Shown piece by piece: positions 44,600 to 56,187 of a stretch of 64,000 nt of DNA. The DNA is from Cyanidioschyzon merolae. Its lineage: Eukaryota. Made by a program: the position numbers and the translations under genes. The DNA lies in the NCBI GenBank assembly GCA_000091205.1, contig AP006492.2, one strand, 5' to 3'. Under the pieces are notes generated by a model. That model saw nothing but the letters and a program-made list of their open reading frames with translations, was not told the DNA's origin and made no database searches. The first letter of the stretch is position 1, and each line of letters begins with the position of its first letter.

Positions 44600-45400
44600 T
44601 CTGGATATCTTGCCAGTGTCATGAATTCCAGTAATTACGGGTTTCATTTGCGGCTGCTCCCTTTTCCTCCCTCTTGTATGAGGCTTTAAAAATGCCGGTC
44701 TGTCCTGTCAATCTAGTCTCGTTATTCGTAATTGAAAGATGTTGATGGCAGCGTGCGAAATCCGATTTGGCTGCTTCCGACGGTTGCCAACGCATATTAC
44801 GCACTGGCAAAAGTTTTGATAGACGTTTCGCCTCCCATTTCCATCCCGTTTGGACACAACCTCGGCGCTTTTTTCACAAATGTCGCTATGGACTTGGCTT
44901 AGACCTTTTCAAATGCCTATAATATCTTCTGGTTCGAGCACCGCGTTGCAGTGTTTGAATGCTTGCTGTACCGTTCGGTGCATGCCCTGAACCTGTGCGG
45001 AATGCTCCAGCCGATGATCTTGTACGTTTCCGTGCCCGGTGCCGTACGCAACGATCGCAACCTTCATCAGGGCGCTCCTACAAGCAAAGTAGTCTTTCAG
45101 ATGCACACAGAAGCACACGCCGCTCCATTCCGTACAGATTTCGGGGAACACGACCTTGTCCATGATGAAACTAGTCCCGGAAAGTTAATGCAGGTTAGAA
45201 ATCATGTCGACAAATTTCTACCCGTCTCGGCTCCGTTCGTACAAAGCGGGGTGTCTCTCTCTCCACGGGAAGCGATTGCTTCAATGACTAAAGACGGAGT
45301 TCAAGACCCTATTCCACGCGTACAGGTGAGACAAGAGCCTCTGAGAGCGCAAAACGTCTGAGATACCGTGCTGCTGTTGAATGCCTCGCCTCCAGTAGCC
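44600..45400 (-). mobile_element. Composite repeat copy 6, degenerate
   Basis: ORF 44909..45163 has MDKVVFPEICTEW, compared with copy 4 LMTDDIAFHKSLIEW. Minus-strand frame near 44.72-44.80 reads FCQCVICVGNRRKQPNRISHAAINIF (C-x-C...AAINI). The alternate frame QPSEAAKSDFARCHQ matches alternate frames of copies 2 and 4. Confidence 0.45.
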
Positions 45401-46191
45401 TCAAAGCTATTAGGATCTGTCTTTCGAACGAGACCCATTATTTGACCCAACAATAGCAGTTTACTTTAAAAAAAAGCTTGGGAAGAGGTCGTCAAAGGTC
45501 GATGACGTGCAACTTTCATCGTCCGTCGATTGGTGCGAATTGCCACGCCTACGACTCACCGTGAAACAGAAATATTGAAAACCTGAAGATTTCGTTATCG
45601 AGTCGTGATATGCCTAGGGAAAGGAGAAAATTGATGGCCATACCTACGACTTGGATAATGATTTCGATTATTTTACGCACACCCTTGCCCAAGATCGTAG
45701 ACGATCATCTTGATCCCGCTGACGTATCGAGTACCAGCGGAAAGCGTCAAAGGAGCTTCCCAGACCATGCTATCGAGGAACCTGAATCCAGGAATGTATC
45801 CGTAAGACCATCTTATCGCATTATTTCAAATTTCAAGGCAGTGCATATGAAAAAAAGCTGGGCAAAAATCGAAAGGCAGCAACAGACCGAGCAGTCCAAA
45901 AGATTCATCGGGATCTCGTAACGATGCGTCGTGATCCGACGAACGCTACCGCACACGTCGACTGCGGGATCGATGCCCCGCAGATCATCGAATGCCTGGA
46001 AAAGAACATGTCTGTACATTTCTGTACCTCAGGCGCTTTGATGAGGGCACGCATCGTACAGCGCACGGCGATGCGTGCTGCACTGGATCGCAGCGACGTC
46101 TGCGTGCCGAGCGGCGTCCATACATACCTGTCCAGCGCTGGGTACTCCACGCCCGTGCCTGTGCGGGACGTCGGCGAGTCGTGATCTGGCT

Positions 46192-47970
46192 ATGCCCATG
46201 AACGATGACTCGAGAGGCTTTTATGAAGACTATGGGTACAAAGAATACGCAGCAGAGACGGGCGCAAACTCAGAGCGGGGGAAACGTGCAAGCCGATTCA
46301 ACGTAACAGAGTCGTTGTTTCAATCAGAGTCAACGCTGGAACGCGTCGTCTTTGGAGGCAGACGCCAGCGCCGAGGCGCTCCTCTCAGCAACCATTTGAG
46401 TTCAAAGGACCAGTATGTGCAGGAATCGGAACTGGAGACCGCTCCGTCATCAGAAGGTAGCAACTCCCGCGAGCACGAGCTTGACCACTGGTCCGGGTCC
46501 GCCGCCACGCCTGCGCCGTCCTCTATCCGAGCGCGCCCGGAGTCAGCGACCGACTCCGAGTCCGAATACGTTTCACTTGAGGAAAGGGATCGTCGACGGA
46601 AACTGCGACATTTCGTGGACGAGAATGTCGTAAGTCGACGAACCTTTGAACAGCGGCTCCGAGAGCAGTTCGTCGCCTTGCATGGCATACCGCGCTGGGC
46701 GGCGCGACACGACAACACCGCGCGAGCTGACAACGGCACTGCCGCTGTGTCGCTGGTCTCGGATACCGGGAACGATGCCCTGGACCCGGAAGGCCCGGTT
46801 GCTGCGTCTGCAGCGTCGTCGCGAGGGGCGTCTGCAACCCGGCCACCGCTACACTGGAAAGCGTTGCCGATTCGACGGCTTACCGATGCGAACGCAGCTG
46901 CACCGGCGGCCAGCGTCCTAACAAGCGTCAGGTTTCACCCGGCGTCCGCACATCTATGCTTCACTGCGGGTTTTGATAAGCGGCTCCGTCTATTCCACTT
47001 GACAGAGGAGCCTGCTGATAACCTGCGATGGAAATGCGTTCGTGAAAACGAGTGTTTGCATACAGTCTGCTTCGCAGACATGCCCATTTATACCGCGGAA
47101 TTCGTCCGAGGTTCGCACGGAGCAATTACAAATTCCGTATTGCTTACGGGCCGACGTCGCTTCTTCTACGAATACGACCTAGCAGCTCAGAAAGGAATCA
47201 AAATCCGAACGCTCGAGAGCTTGCGGAAGGAGCGCAGCTTTGAGCGATTCACAGTCTCGCCTGATGGGAAACTGCTCGCCTTCACTGGGGACGATAGTCA
47301 AGTTATTCTGGTCGATGCCGTCACCAAGCAATATCTCGGATGCGTGCGAATCGCTTGTGGACCCCAGAGCGGCGCAGCGTTGCCACGAGTCGTCACGTTT
47401 GCACCAGACGGCCTGATGATCGCAGTCGCTGGTGAGACAAGCGGATACGTTTCGCTCTATGACCTGCGAATGTGTTTCACCGATTCTGGTATGAATGCAT
47501 CGCAGCCGTTGGCGCGCTTTCTTGATGAAGGCACCGTTCGCTGTACAGCTCTGAAATGGTCACCGACCGGACAGTACCTTGCGACTGGCTCAGACGCCGG
47601 CATCGTGAATATCTACGACGGGCGTGCGATCCGCGGGCAGGCGTCTACGAAAGCGAGCGGCGAAAGCGTGACGCCCCGGGAACGCAACATGCATCCGTTG
47701 GCTTCCGTGTCGAATCTGGTAACACAGATCGATACGTTCGCCTTTCTCCCGGACGATCAAGCGCTCTTTTACGCTTCTCAAGCGAAACGAAACGCCGCCC
47801 GCGTCTACCATCTCGCGTCACGCAAAACGTTTCCGAACTGGCCAACCAGTCAGACGCCGTTACATCGGGTGTGGAGCGCTTCCTTCTCTCCGGGCGGCGG
47901 TTTTCTCGCGCTTGGTAACGACCGAGGTCGAGCGCTTCTCTATCGACTGCGATGTTATGCGCCGACGTGA
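46192..47970 (+). CDS. WD40-repeat protein, probably U3 snoRNP protein UTP18-like
   Basis: Acidic N-terminus with ESTLERVVFGG. WD-repeat-like blocks follow. It ends with LATGSDAGIVNIYD, the GIVNIY motif I recall from UTP18. ATG at 46192; the track start at 46075 is GTG. Confidence 0.5.
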   Translation: MPMNDDSRGFYEDYGYKEYAAETGANSERGKRASRFNVTESLFQSESTLERVVFGGRRQRRGAPLSNHLSSKDQYVQESELETAPSSEGSNSREHELDHWSGSAATPAPSSIRARPESATDSESEYVSLEERDRRRKLRHFVDENVVSRRTFEQRLREQFVALHGIPRWAARHDNTARADNGTAAVSLVSDTGNDALDPEGPVAASAASSRGASATRPPLHWKALPIRRLTDANAAAPAASVLTSVRFHPASAHLCFTAGFDKRLRLFHLTEEPADNLRWKCVRENECLHTVCFADMPIYTAEFVRGSHGAITNSVLLTGRRRFFYEYDLAAQKGIKIRTLESLRKERSFERFTVSPDGKLLAFTGDDSQVILVDAVTKQYLGCVRIACGPQSGAALPRVVTFAPDGLMIAVAGETSGYVSLYDLRMCFTDSGMNASQPLARFLDEGTVRCTALKWSPTGQYLATGSDAGIVNIYDGRAIRGQASTKASGESVTPRERNMHPLASVSNLVTQIDTFAFLPDDQALFYASQAKRNAARVYHLASRKTFPNWPTSQTPLHRVWSASFSPGGGFLALGNDRGRALLYRLRCYAPT

Positions 47971-48159
47971 GCGACCCGTGGGCATGGCGATGCGTAGTAG
48001 GTCGGGATTTCCAGGCGGTCACAGACCAGCCCGCGTCGGCTATTCGTAAACATCGATATGGTGGCTTTCGTTCGCACGTTGTGACTGGAGAGCGCGCTTC
48101 TGCGCGGTGCGCCAATGCTCGCCCTGGACCACGGGTCGGTCAAGATTCCGGGAACCCGT

Positions 48160-49473
48160 TTACGGCGACTTGGTTTCAGGCTGGAGTTTCTGGATCTCGC
48201 TGATCACGAGCTGCAAATCCTCGCGGAAGGCCTCGCTCGCGAATGCCGGATTACCAGTTGGAGCCTCGCTTCCGAGCGCGTTCAAGTAACGAATAAGCTT
48301 GTCGCGATTCCGAAAAAGAATTCGCTTCACATCGACGGGTTTGCTCGGGTTCGCTACAATCAGCTTGAAGACATGGAAGGCCTCCAGCTGAATCGACTTT
48401 CCAGGATCCAGCATCAGCGTCATGACCAGCTTCAGGTTTTCGACCATGCCAACGTACCGGATCATGATGTAGAAGTTGGAACGATCGAGAAGCAATTCGC
48501 TCAAGAGCTTGAGACCCTGTCGCTTGCTGACGTAATTGTCACATCGGAGAAGGTTGTTGTATTCGGTGAGGAAGAAACGATCGAAATGTTGCAGCATGAA
48601 TTCTGCGGCAAGCTTCTTATGGCGAGTGAGCGCTACTCGCAGTGTCGTGAAAGCATCGCTAGCGACGTCGAAGTTGCTCATCTGCAACAGGCTGAAGAAG
48701 ATCCAAAAAGTATCTAAGGAGAAAAGCATGCGAACGCAGTCCTCGTGCCGCAACGCTTCACGAAGCATCATACCGCACGACAATGCGACCTCGGGTCGAC
48801 CGTAGTCGACCAGAAGGCTTTCCAGGACACTAGTGGGCACCTGCATTCGTTGGTTCTCCGCTTGTCGTCGTAAAATATTGTGGAACACAGCCACAGCGTC
48901 TTTGCGTGACTCGAACTCCATCAGCGGTAGCGAGGAAGCGAGCAGCTCCAAAAGCTCTGTATCGTACACCACTGACTGCAGCGCCTCCGTCGACAGCCGT
49001 TCGCTCGCATCTTGCCCTCCTTTCGCTTGGTTTGCAGGCGTTGTCGTTGTAGCTGCCAGATCGTTGCGTTTCTCTCGGTTGCACGTATCCGCTATAACTG
49101 CCGACCGGGTCGCGGAGCGATCGAGCCAGTCTTCGCCATAGAGAAGCGAGCGCAAGGCAGCTAACGTGAACGCTACCCGTTCTTGGGCTTCGACGACACG
49201 CGAAAGACTAGAACCCGGTTGTGTTGAATCCACTGGTTGTTCGGTGCGGTCGTCGGGAGCACCAGCAGCCCCAGGCACATACTGGTCGCTGCCCGCCGCA
49301 GGTACCGGCAGTTTCGTCGCTGAGCCTGAACCTGTGGTTGTAGCTGTTGTTGTTGGTGGTGTTGTCGTCGTCGCCACCGCTTCGGAAATCCGCCGCAACG
49401 CTAACAGAGCATCGACGACCGCTCTCGATAACTCTGCGGGCCCTTCAGGAAGCGAAAACGTTTCCGTACCCAT
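48160..49473 (-). CDS. MO25/CAB39-family scaffold protein with a low-complexity N-terminal extension
   Basis: CDNYVSKRQGLKLLSELLLDRSNFYIMIRYVGMVENLKLVMTLMLDPGKSIQLEAFHVFKLIVANPSKP aligns closely with remembered human CAB39 ([22 protein letters not shown]...IQFEAFHVFKVFVANPNK). ATG at 49471-49473. Confidence 0.8.
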   Translation of the reverse strand: MGTETFSLPEGPAELSRAVVDALLALRRISEAVATTTTPPTTTATTTGSGSATKLPVPAAGSDQYVPGAAGAPDDRTEQPVDSTQPGSSLSRVVEAQERVAFTLAALRSLLYGEDWLDRSATRSAVIADTCNREKRNDLAATTTTPANQAKGGQDASERLSTEALQSVVYDTELLELLASSLPLMEFESRKDAVAVFHNILRRQAENQRMQVPTSVLESLLVDYGRPEVALSCGMMLREALRHEDCVRMLFSLDTFWIFFSLLQMSNFDVASDAFTTLRVALTRHKKLAAEFMLQHFDRFFLTEYNNLLRCDNYVSKRQGLKLLSELLLDRSNFYIMIRYVGMVENLKLVMTLMLDPGKSIQLEAFHVFKLIVANPSKPVDVKRILFRNRDKLIRYLNALGSEAPTGNPAFASEAFREDLQLVISEIQKLQPETKSP

Positions 49474-49879
49474 CAACGAGTTTGTGTGTCAGCAAGTGTG
49501 GCCTTCGCATGCGCAGAATGCCAGCACTGCGAAACGCGTAGACGGTTGGCGGTAGCGCGGCCCTGTCGACGCGTCCATATTGAGCGGCACGGATGGCAAA
49601 CGCGTCTCTGGCGCCCGATACGTTCCTAGGAGGGCGGAAAACCCCCGATCATGCACGACGACTAGGTTACGCAAGAGCTCGAGTTACCTGCTCCATCAGT
49701 ATCAGCATAAAAGGAAATAGTTGCTCTAAATCGGGTGCGGGATCTAAAGTTATGGTTTCGTTTCAAGATCATCAACAATTGCGTTGCGGGCTTGCTCTGC
49801 AACTGCTTCCTTTGCTTCGCGCTCGTATTTGCGGCCTTACGGGTAGCGATCGATCGTTTCGCTCGAGCTTGGTAGTCAG

Positions 49880-50600
49880 CAGCGCAAGGGATTCGATGAC
49901 AGGGTTAAAGTCCCGATTGCTGTGCATCCAGCTGTTGTCGAAGCGTTTCAAGCACAGGCGGTAGTTACAATCGATGCATCGTCTCCTTTTTACATGGTGT
50001 TTGCATAGAGCCTTGATGTGCGCTTCGCAGCGATGACATTAGGCCATAGTCGGACGTTCCATTATGTTCATGAAAGGCATGCCTCCGAGTGAGGCCTTGT
50101 CGCACTCGAGGACTCGCTTCAGTGCCTGGTGCATGCCGTTGCCAGTTATGGAACGCTGCTCTTGATGCCCTCCACCGTTTCCGCGCGTGCTCGCTGCGGT
50201 ACCCTGCGAACACGGGCCTCTTCTGGGTGATTGTCTCCGCATGAGCACTTTGATCGCTGCAAGTACGGGTGCTTGCTGTTTCACTCGATAGCGGATTTAT
50301 GGAACGGAATGTTGTCCATAATGAGACACGTTCTGGAAGTATAATCCAGACTGCGGAACAAGTGCAGAGATTTCGAAGCGTCGACGTCCGCATCATGCAG
50401 AGCTTTGACGCACTCGCCACTAGAAGCGATCGCTGGGAGGACTGGAGCTCGAGCCCAAGACCCTTTTCCGTGCACACAGAGGATACGGAGGCCTCTGAGA
50501 GCGAATCCCGCAAGAGGTATCATGCTGGTATCGAAGTCCCTTAGGTCGATCGCCATTGAAGCGGATTTGCTTCACGGATGGAACAGATTATTTGATGTGA
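49880..50600 (-). mobile_element. Composite repeat copy 3, degenerate
   Basis: D1-like AIDLRDFDTSMIPLAGFALRG and D2 TCLIMDNIPFHKSAIE (ORF 50281..50556). The zinc-ribbon region tgtcatcgctgcgaagcgcacatc aligns to copy 4 tgtcattgctgcgaagcgcgcacc. Tail SNRDFNPVIESLALLTTKLE, compared with copy 2 RNRDLNAALNILRLLKTQLE. Confidence 0.55.
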
Positions 50601-53195
50601 CAAGGTCAGTGAAGTTTCAGCATGAACGTGTGTGAAGCATTCATCGGTGGATGGCGCCTTGTATTGCGTGATAAAGCCAGCGGGGCGTATTCCTGCACCC
50701 ACGAGTTGCCTCGAAACAGAAAGCTTGAAAACCTGAAGTATGCGTGACTTGAGCATGGTGCGTGCAGAACGAAAAGGAAGCGCCAAGGCTAGTACTTGGG
50801 CATTGGATAGCGATATCGGTTATTTCAGCAAACTTTGTTTCAAGGCGAAGAGTATCATCAACATGAGGGTTACGTTCCGAATGCGAGCGGCAAGCGTCGA
50901 CGGAGCCATTCGCAAATGAAGATCGAGAATCCTCAACTGGCGTACGAATCCGTAAGCCTATATTGCAGCGCTTCGAAAGCCGAGGGCGTCCATCGAAAAA
51001 CTTTGGTAAACAATCGCAAGGCAGGAACGGAGCGAGCAGCTCACGAATCCATTTGAATTGGACACGGGCGTGGGGAGCTGCCTTGCAGTGTGCCGCCTTT
51101 GCCTCTTCACGTGTGCCGTCGATGTACCTCAAGATAAATGTCCGCGTCCGGAGGCATCCATCAACATCGAGAACAAACGTTTCTCCGCAGCAAACGACAC
51201 GAAAACGAGGCAATAGGTGGATCTTCTCGTACGCTTTTGTACGACGACGCTGGCGACGCCACATACATATCACCTCGTCCGCGCACATGTCCACGATACA
51301 CCAGGAGGGAAGCGTCAATCGTTTTCTTCTGTGTAGTGGCATCCGGACATGGGACCTTGGCAACAGGCATGCAAAGCTTGGGTAGTGTCAGCATCCAGGC
51401 AGGCGCACCTCGTGTTTGTTCGCTGCTATTCGGGAAGCGACAGGGACGCTTGGGATATGTGCGGCTGTAGAGACGCCGAGACCACAGCTCCTGCGCAGTT
51501 GGCGGATAAGCGACAAGGCGATGCATACGCGCTTACGGAAAGCTGATTTTTTCATGGTACACGATCCAAGAATTACTTTGAATATTCCTGGATGTACGGT
51601 TGATTTAGGCAACTCGAGGAGAGACCCATGATTGCATGCTTGGAGTGAACGATGTATGATCCAAGCATCGAATTGGAATATCCCTGGATGTGTGATTGCG
51701 ATACGCTATGTAGGATGCGGAAAACGTTCCTCTCCTGACGACGCTGCGATCAAGTGCCGAAAGAATAGACTTCCCATCGAAGGGTGTCGGATCGAAGATC
51801 CCCTGCTCATGTGTATGGGTGTCAAGCGTCTGGACGCCGCACACACTCGAAGATTCCATAGACGGGCTTCGAGCTAGCGCTTGCCGGAACGGCGATGTAG
51901 TGCCCATGACTTGGTGAAGTAGTTCCAACCTGGAAGCAGTTGCAATTTCTGTTTGCATAGTTGACGGCATAGAGCCGAAATCACACGAAAATGCTGGGTC
52001 CGCTTTCCGGCCGTCTTGCACAATGCCTAGCTTGGAGACTTTGCCCTGCCATGGATTCCCCTGAGTGCACCAATGTCGTCGTAGTCGTCGTCAGGAAGCG
52101 GCGCCCTTTGATACCCAGAATCGTCCCGCAAGCAGCACGAAGAACTGGGCACCGCGCTCTATATTCGGCAGACGCTGACGTTCGGTATACATTGTTTGAG
52201 GCGGCTTGTCCAGGTGTCGCATCCCGTTTCATGTCGTAGACAATTAGAATGGAGGCTGCGTTGCATGTCATGGACGAATACGCATCAACAGTTTCTTGCA
52301 TACCACCTTGGTTGACGTTCTCGGCACGACATGATACTGGACGTCATCTGGGCCGCTCGATGTTGGTTTAGGGCGCCGGCCAGGGAACCGGTAGCGTCTG
52401 CGAAGGGCCGAACGATGATGGAGGCATGTTGCTGGTCTCCATGCCTGCCTGTATAGCCTTCCGCGTCTGATGACCAACAAGGCTCTTGCAGTCGGACTGT
52501 ATCGCACGCAAGTCGTCCGAGTCGTAAGCGGACAGTGCGGAACACGCCCGAAAAATCTCTGTTGCGACATCTTTTCTCGGAATGCTCCGGGGCTTCAGCA
52601 GAGAGCTGGTACGCATCTTACTGGGTCGCTTTGCAGCAGCCGGTCGCAAGGAACCATATAGGCAGAATAGAGTCACAACTGGTGGCCCTAGTCGATTCGT
52701 CGTCGCTAAATCGTCAAACGAGATTCCCGAAGCATTTACGAATCCTACATCATTTGGAGTCTATAGCGAGGAGCCGCTGTACCACAGCCAAGAGCCAATT
52801 CTCGATAACGATAACGACTGATGCGCGTGATTGCCCTGAAGTAAACGCTGGTCTGTGCAGGGTCGCTATCGCCCGGTGAAGCAACGGAAAACGACACGCT
52901 TTTGCTTGCCCCACGAACTCGGATATCATTCTTTGGTCGGTATGATGCACCCGTCGCAGCTGCATATACCGCGTCCCGTTTTTCGTCGCCAGTTTGAACT
53001 GCACCTGCGCTGCGCACTTTGACTGCTGCGGGTCATGGGTAAGCGTTCGGCTTCGCAACCGCTACGACGCTACGGGGCATCCAGGTACATCCGTTCAGGT
53101 CATCGACGGACGACCGACTGTGCCAGAAAACAATGGCACTCTTGGAATGAACGGAAAATCTGCTGGTGCCGCAGCTCGTACTGCCGGACACGGAC

Positions 53196-53978
53196 CTAGT
53201 CCTTGGTATCGACCTCCCGAGCCTCGACGTTGATCACTGCACTCCGTGCGTCCTCACTCAAAACAAAATTGCCGTTTTTCTCCACAAGAATACGTTGCGT
53301 ACAGGACGGACAACGGAACTCCTTACCCACAAGGCCAGTCACAGGGAAACGGCAGTTCGGACAAGTCCCTTCACGCACGTTCGCCGCTATCCACCAGCGC
53401 AGTACGAGCGCCCCGACAACAGGAGCGATGCTCAGCAGCGCAAATAGAATGAGAAACGAATCGAAGATTACCCCGATGCGACCGCTGAACACCAGCCACA
53501 CAAGGATCGCCCAGACAACAAGCTGTCCCTGTGCAGAGGAAAGCCAACGTGAAGCGCGAATCAGTGCACTATCCCAATCGAACAGCGGACCACGGCGCTT
53601 CTGCTGGCCCACCAGACTACGTACTCCAGCGTTGCCGCTTTTGCGGAGGTGTGCCCGGCCAGAGCCGGCGGCAAGCGCTGCTTCCCGCTGTTGCCTCCAG
53701 GTGCACGGGTTGATGCGAACCGCACGGCACCAAGCACCTACGCGACGATCTGCTAGTCGATGCCGGTCCTCGGTTCTCGAGTAGCTCCCTCTCGCCTCAA
53801 AACTTGTGGAGTGAAGCGAGCACTCTACCGGAACCAACCAACAAGAAGAAGGTTTGCGACGCATATCCGAGCCTCGTGCAACTGGTACACGTTTCCACCG
53901 AGCGTCGTGCGGCGAGCAACGGGATCGACCCTGAGCGCGCCTCGCCGCCTCCACGATGCTGCTGGATACTTGTTGCAT
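53196..53978 (-). CDS. Hypothetical protein with two adjacent TM helices followed by a CPNC-x16-CPSC zinc-ribbon-like motif (possibly PGRL1-like); the true start may be the internal Met near 53864
   Basis: LVVWAILVWLVFSGRIGVIFDSFLILFALLSIAPVVGALVLRWWI, then GTCPNCRFPVTGLVGKEFRCPSCTQR. The N-terminal third of about 100 aa looks non-coding-like. Confidence 0.3.
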   Translation of the reverse strand: MQQVSSSIVEAARRAQGRSRCSPHDARWKRVPVARGSDMRRKPSSCWLVPVECSLHSTSFEARGSYSRTEDRHRLADRRVGAWCRAVRINPCTWRQQREAALAAGSGRAHLRKSGNAGVRSLVGQQKRRGPLFDWDSALIRASRWLSSAQGQLVVWAILVWLVFSGRIGVIFDSFLILFALLSIAPVVGALVLRWWIAANVREGTCPNCRFPVTGLVGKEFRCPSCTQRILVEKNGNFVLSEDARSAVINVEAREVDTKD

Positions 53979-54315
53979 GTTGTGACTCGCAGTAGGATGC
54001 TTATTCGTTTAAATGTTTGCATCCCGGGAGCTAGATGCCTGTTGCATGTTGTGACTCGCAGTAGGATGCTTATTCGTTTAAATGTTTGCATCCCGGGAGC
54101 TAGATGCCTGTTGCATGTTGTGACTCGCAGTAGGATGCTTATTCGTTTAACGGTTTGCATCCCGGGAGCTAGATGCCTGTTGCATGTTGTGACTCGCAGT
54201 AGGATGCTTATTCGTTTAACGGTTTGCATCCCGGGAGCTAGATGCCTGTTGCATGTTGTGACTCGCAGTAGGATGCTTATTCGTTTAACGGTTTGCATCC
54301 CGGGAGACAAATGGA
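53971..54315. repeat. 69-bp minisatellite, 5 tandem copies (two aaatg-variant units then three aacgg-variant units)
   Basis: The unit tgttgcatgttgtgactcgcagtaggatgcttattcgtttaa[at/cg]gtttgcatcccgggagctagatgcc recurs at 53971, 54040, 54109, 54178 and 54247. A unit of 69 nt equals 23 codons, which explains the long open frames on both strands across it (53760..54455 + and 53825..54340 -). Confidence 0.9.
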
Positions 54316-55098
54316 CGTTCCGATGTTTAAGCAGTAGCACGCTGTGGTATTCGAATTCACGGACTCAGACGATCGAGTGGTACGAAACGCCGTGCGTGAG
54401 GAATTTGGGTTGCGTCTCTGGCTGTCCACAGCGTTGCAGCGCTTCGTGTATGTGATGCGAACGACCGCGAAGCGCGCAAGCTCTGAAGCTGGGTACTAGT
54501 GTCGTCAGGGAGAGGCGATGAAAAAAGGTTAAGTATGTAGGAGCGCTCGCGAGCTGCCCTACGTCATCACGAATATGCACCAGGCGACATGGAGCGCTCG
54601 CTGCAATCGCAAGGCGCCTCTTGAACGCTGGAGGCGGCCGTTGACCACGAGGGCACGATGTTTCGCTGGCAACTCGAAACATAGGAACACTTCACGCGCA
54701 AACCATGGAAAGCGAGAACTCATTGCGTGCCAGAGCGATCGCCTCCAGCAGCGAAAGGAGCAGCGAGAACCCTAGCCGACTGTTCCCAGACGCGACACTC
54801 GTCTGGTGCCTTTGCTGCTCAGTAAACGAGCGTGCCACCTGGTCGACAGCGCTCAGGCGAAAGCGCTCTGTACACTGGTTAGGAGAGCATCTAAAACTCG
54901 CATAACTCTGAATCTATCGAATCCTTCGCATCTAAGTAGAAACGTACCCATAAACGTCTTCGCTTTTGCAGCACAAACCCGTGAACGAACACCCTCCATG
55001 TCGTCGACATAGGTTGTCGACTATGGCTGTGCGCAGCGCATTCACCGGTCTAGTGGTGGAACTTGCTGCGCAAGAAGTTGCGAGCTCTCTGGAGCGGC

Positions 55099-56187
55099 AT
55101 GTTCCACGTCGTCGGTCCGGGGACGTCGAACATGGGACATGTGCAACGAGCGTGGGACCACTTTCGGGCCGTGGGCTCGCCACGGTTTCTCTGCGCTCCC
55201 ATGGTCGACGCGTCTGAGCTGGCGTTCAGGCTTCTCGTTCGCCGTTATGGCGTTCAGCTAGCGTACACGCCGATGCTCCATTCACTTAACTTTTTACAAT
55301 CTCCAAAGTATAGAGACGAGCACTTTACCACCTGCGCGTTGGATCGACCAGTCGTCGCACAGTTCTGCGGGAACGACCCGACGACGCTGGTTGCTGCTGC
55401 CAAGCTCGTCGAGTCGCAAGTCGACGCCGTTGACCTCAACCTGGGCTGTCCGCAAAACATTGCCCGACGAGGACGTTACGGTGCGTTCCTGCAAGACGAC
55501 TGGGACCTCGTCCAGCGCTTGGTCTCCGCGCTGAGCACCCACTGTAGTGTCCCGGTGTGGTGTAAAATTCGCGTTTTTCCGGATGAGCATAAAACGCTAG
55601 CGTATGCCAAACTCATCCAGGATGCCGGCTGTTCGGTGCTTGCTGTGCACGGGCGAACACGCGATCAGAAAGGAAACGATCCTGGTCCAGCAAACTGGAC
55701 CATGATTCGACGCATCAAAGAGCATCTAGAGATCCCGGTGCTTATGAACGGAAACATTCAGAGCTGGGCCGATGTACAGCGGGGCCTTGCGGAAACGCGC
55801 TGTGACGGTGTACTGGCTGCGGATCGTTTACTTGCATATCCCGCTCTATTTTCAGGTCGAGAAGACAATTGTATTTATGCACTGGCCCGGGAGTATCTGG
55901 GGATTGTGGAGCAATACGATCCCCAGACGCCAGCACGCATGATTCGAGGCCACCTTTTTCGGATGCTGAACGCAGATATTCGTCGCGACGAGGACCTTCG
56001 AGAGCGCTTGTTAGGAGCGCATTCTGTGCAGGGTTTTGCCGAGGCCGTGCTCATCGCTCAGCGACGAGCAGCAGAGATGCCTGTGGTCGCGGCGCCACTC
56101 GAGCGGGTACACGGACTCGGCGGGTCATCGCGTGTGGATGTCTCGCGTGGAGCATCGCAACCGCAGACGTATGCACGGCCTGTATGA
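55099..56187 (+). CDS. tRNA-dihydrouridine synthase (Dus family)
   Basis: LCAPMVDASELAFRLLVRRYGVQLAYTPML. DLNLGCPQNIARRGRYGAFL. VPVWCKIRV. This is the order typical of Dus TIM-barrel enzymes. ATG at 55099; the track start at 55063 is TTG. Confidence 0.8.
   Translation: MFHVVGPGTSNMGHVQRAWDHFRAVGSPRFLCAPMVDASELAFRLLVRRYGVQLAYTPMLHSLNFLQSPKYRDEHFTTCALDRPVVAQFCGNDPTTLVAAAKLVESQVDAVDLNLGCPQNIARRGRYGAFLQDDWDLVQRLVSALSTHCSVPVWCKIRVFPDEHKTLAYAKLIQDAGCSVLAVHGRTRDQKGNDPGPANWTMIRRIKEHLEIPVLMNGNIQSWADVQRGLAETRCDGVLAADRLLAYPALFSGREDNCIYALAREYLGIVEQYDPQTPARMIRGHLFRMLNADIRRDEDLRERLLGAHSVQGFAEAVLIAQRRAAEMPVVAAPLERVHGLGGSSRVDVSRGASQPQTYARPV

Noticed and set aside
48115-48717. The 200-aa plus-strand ORF and other long ORFs antisense to real genes, for example 2291..2695 +, 4056..4508 -, 8561..9052 +, 23543..24330 - and 35632..36880 +.
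   Set aside because: Each lies entirely inside, and opposite to, a gene with strong homology support (MO25, CbbY-like, CBP80, TrpB, HemK, Omp85-like). They have no motifs of their own.
53971-54315. CRISPR-like array. Direct repeats with a regular period are present.
   Set aside because: The units are contiguous 69-bp tandem copies with no unique spacers, and the context is a eukaryotic genome. This is a minisatellite.
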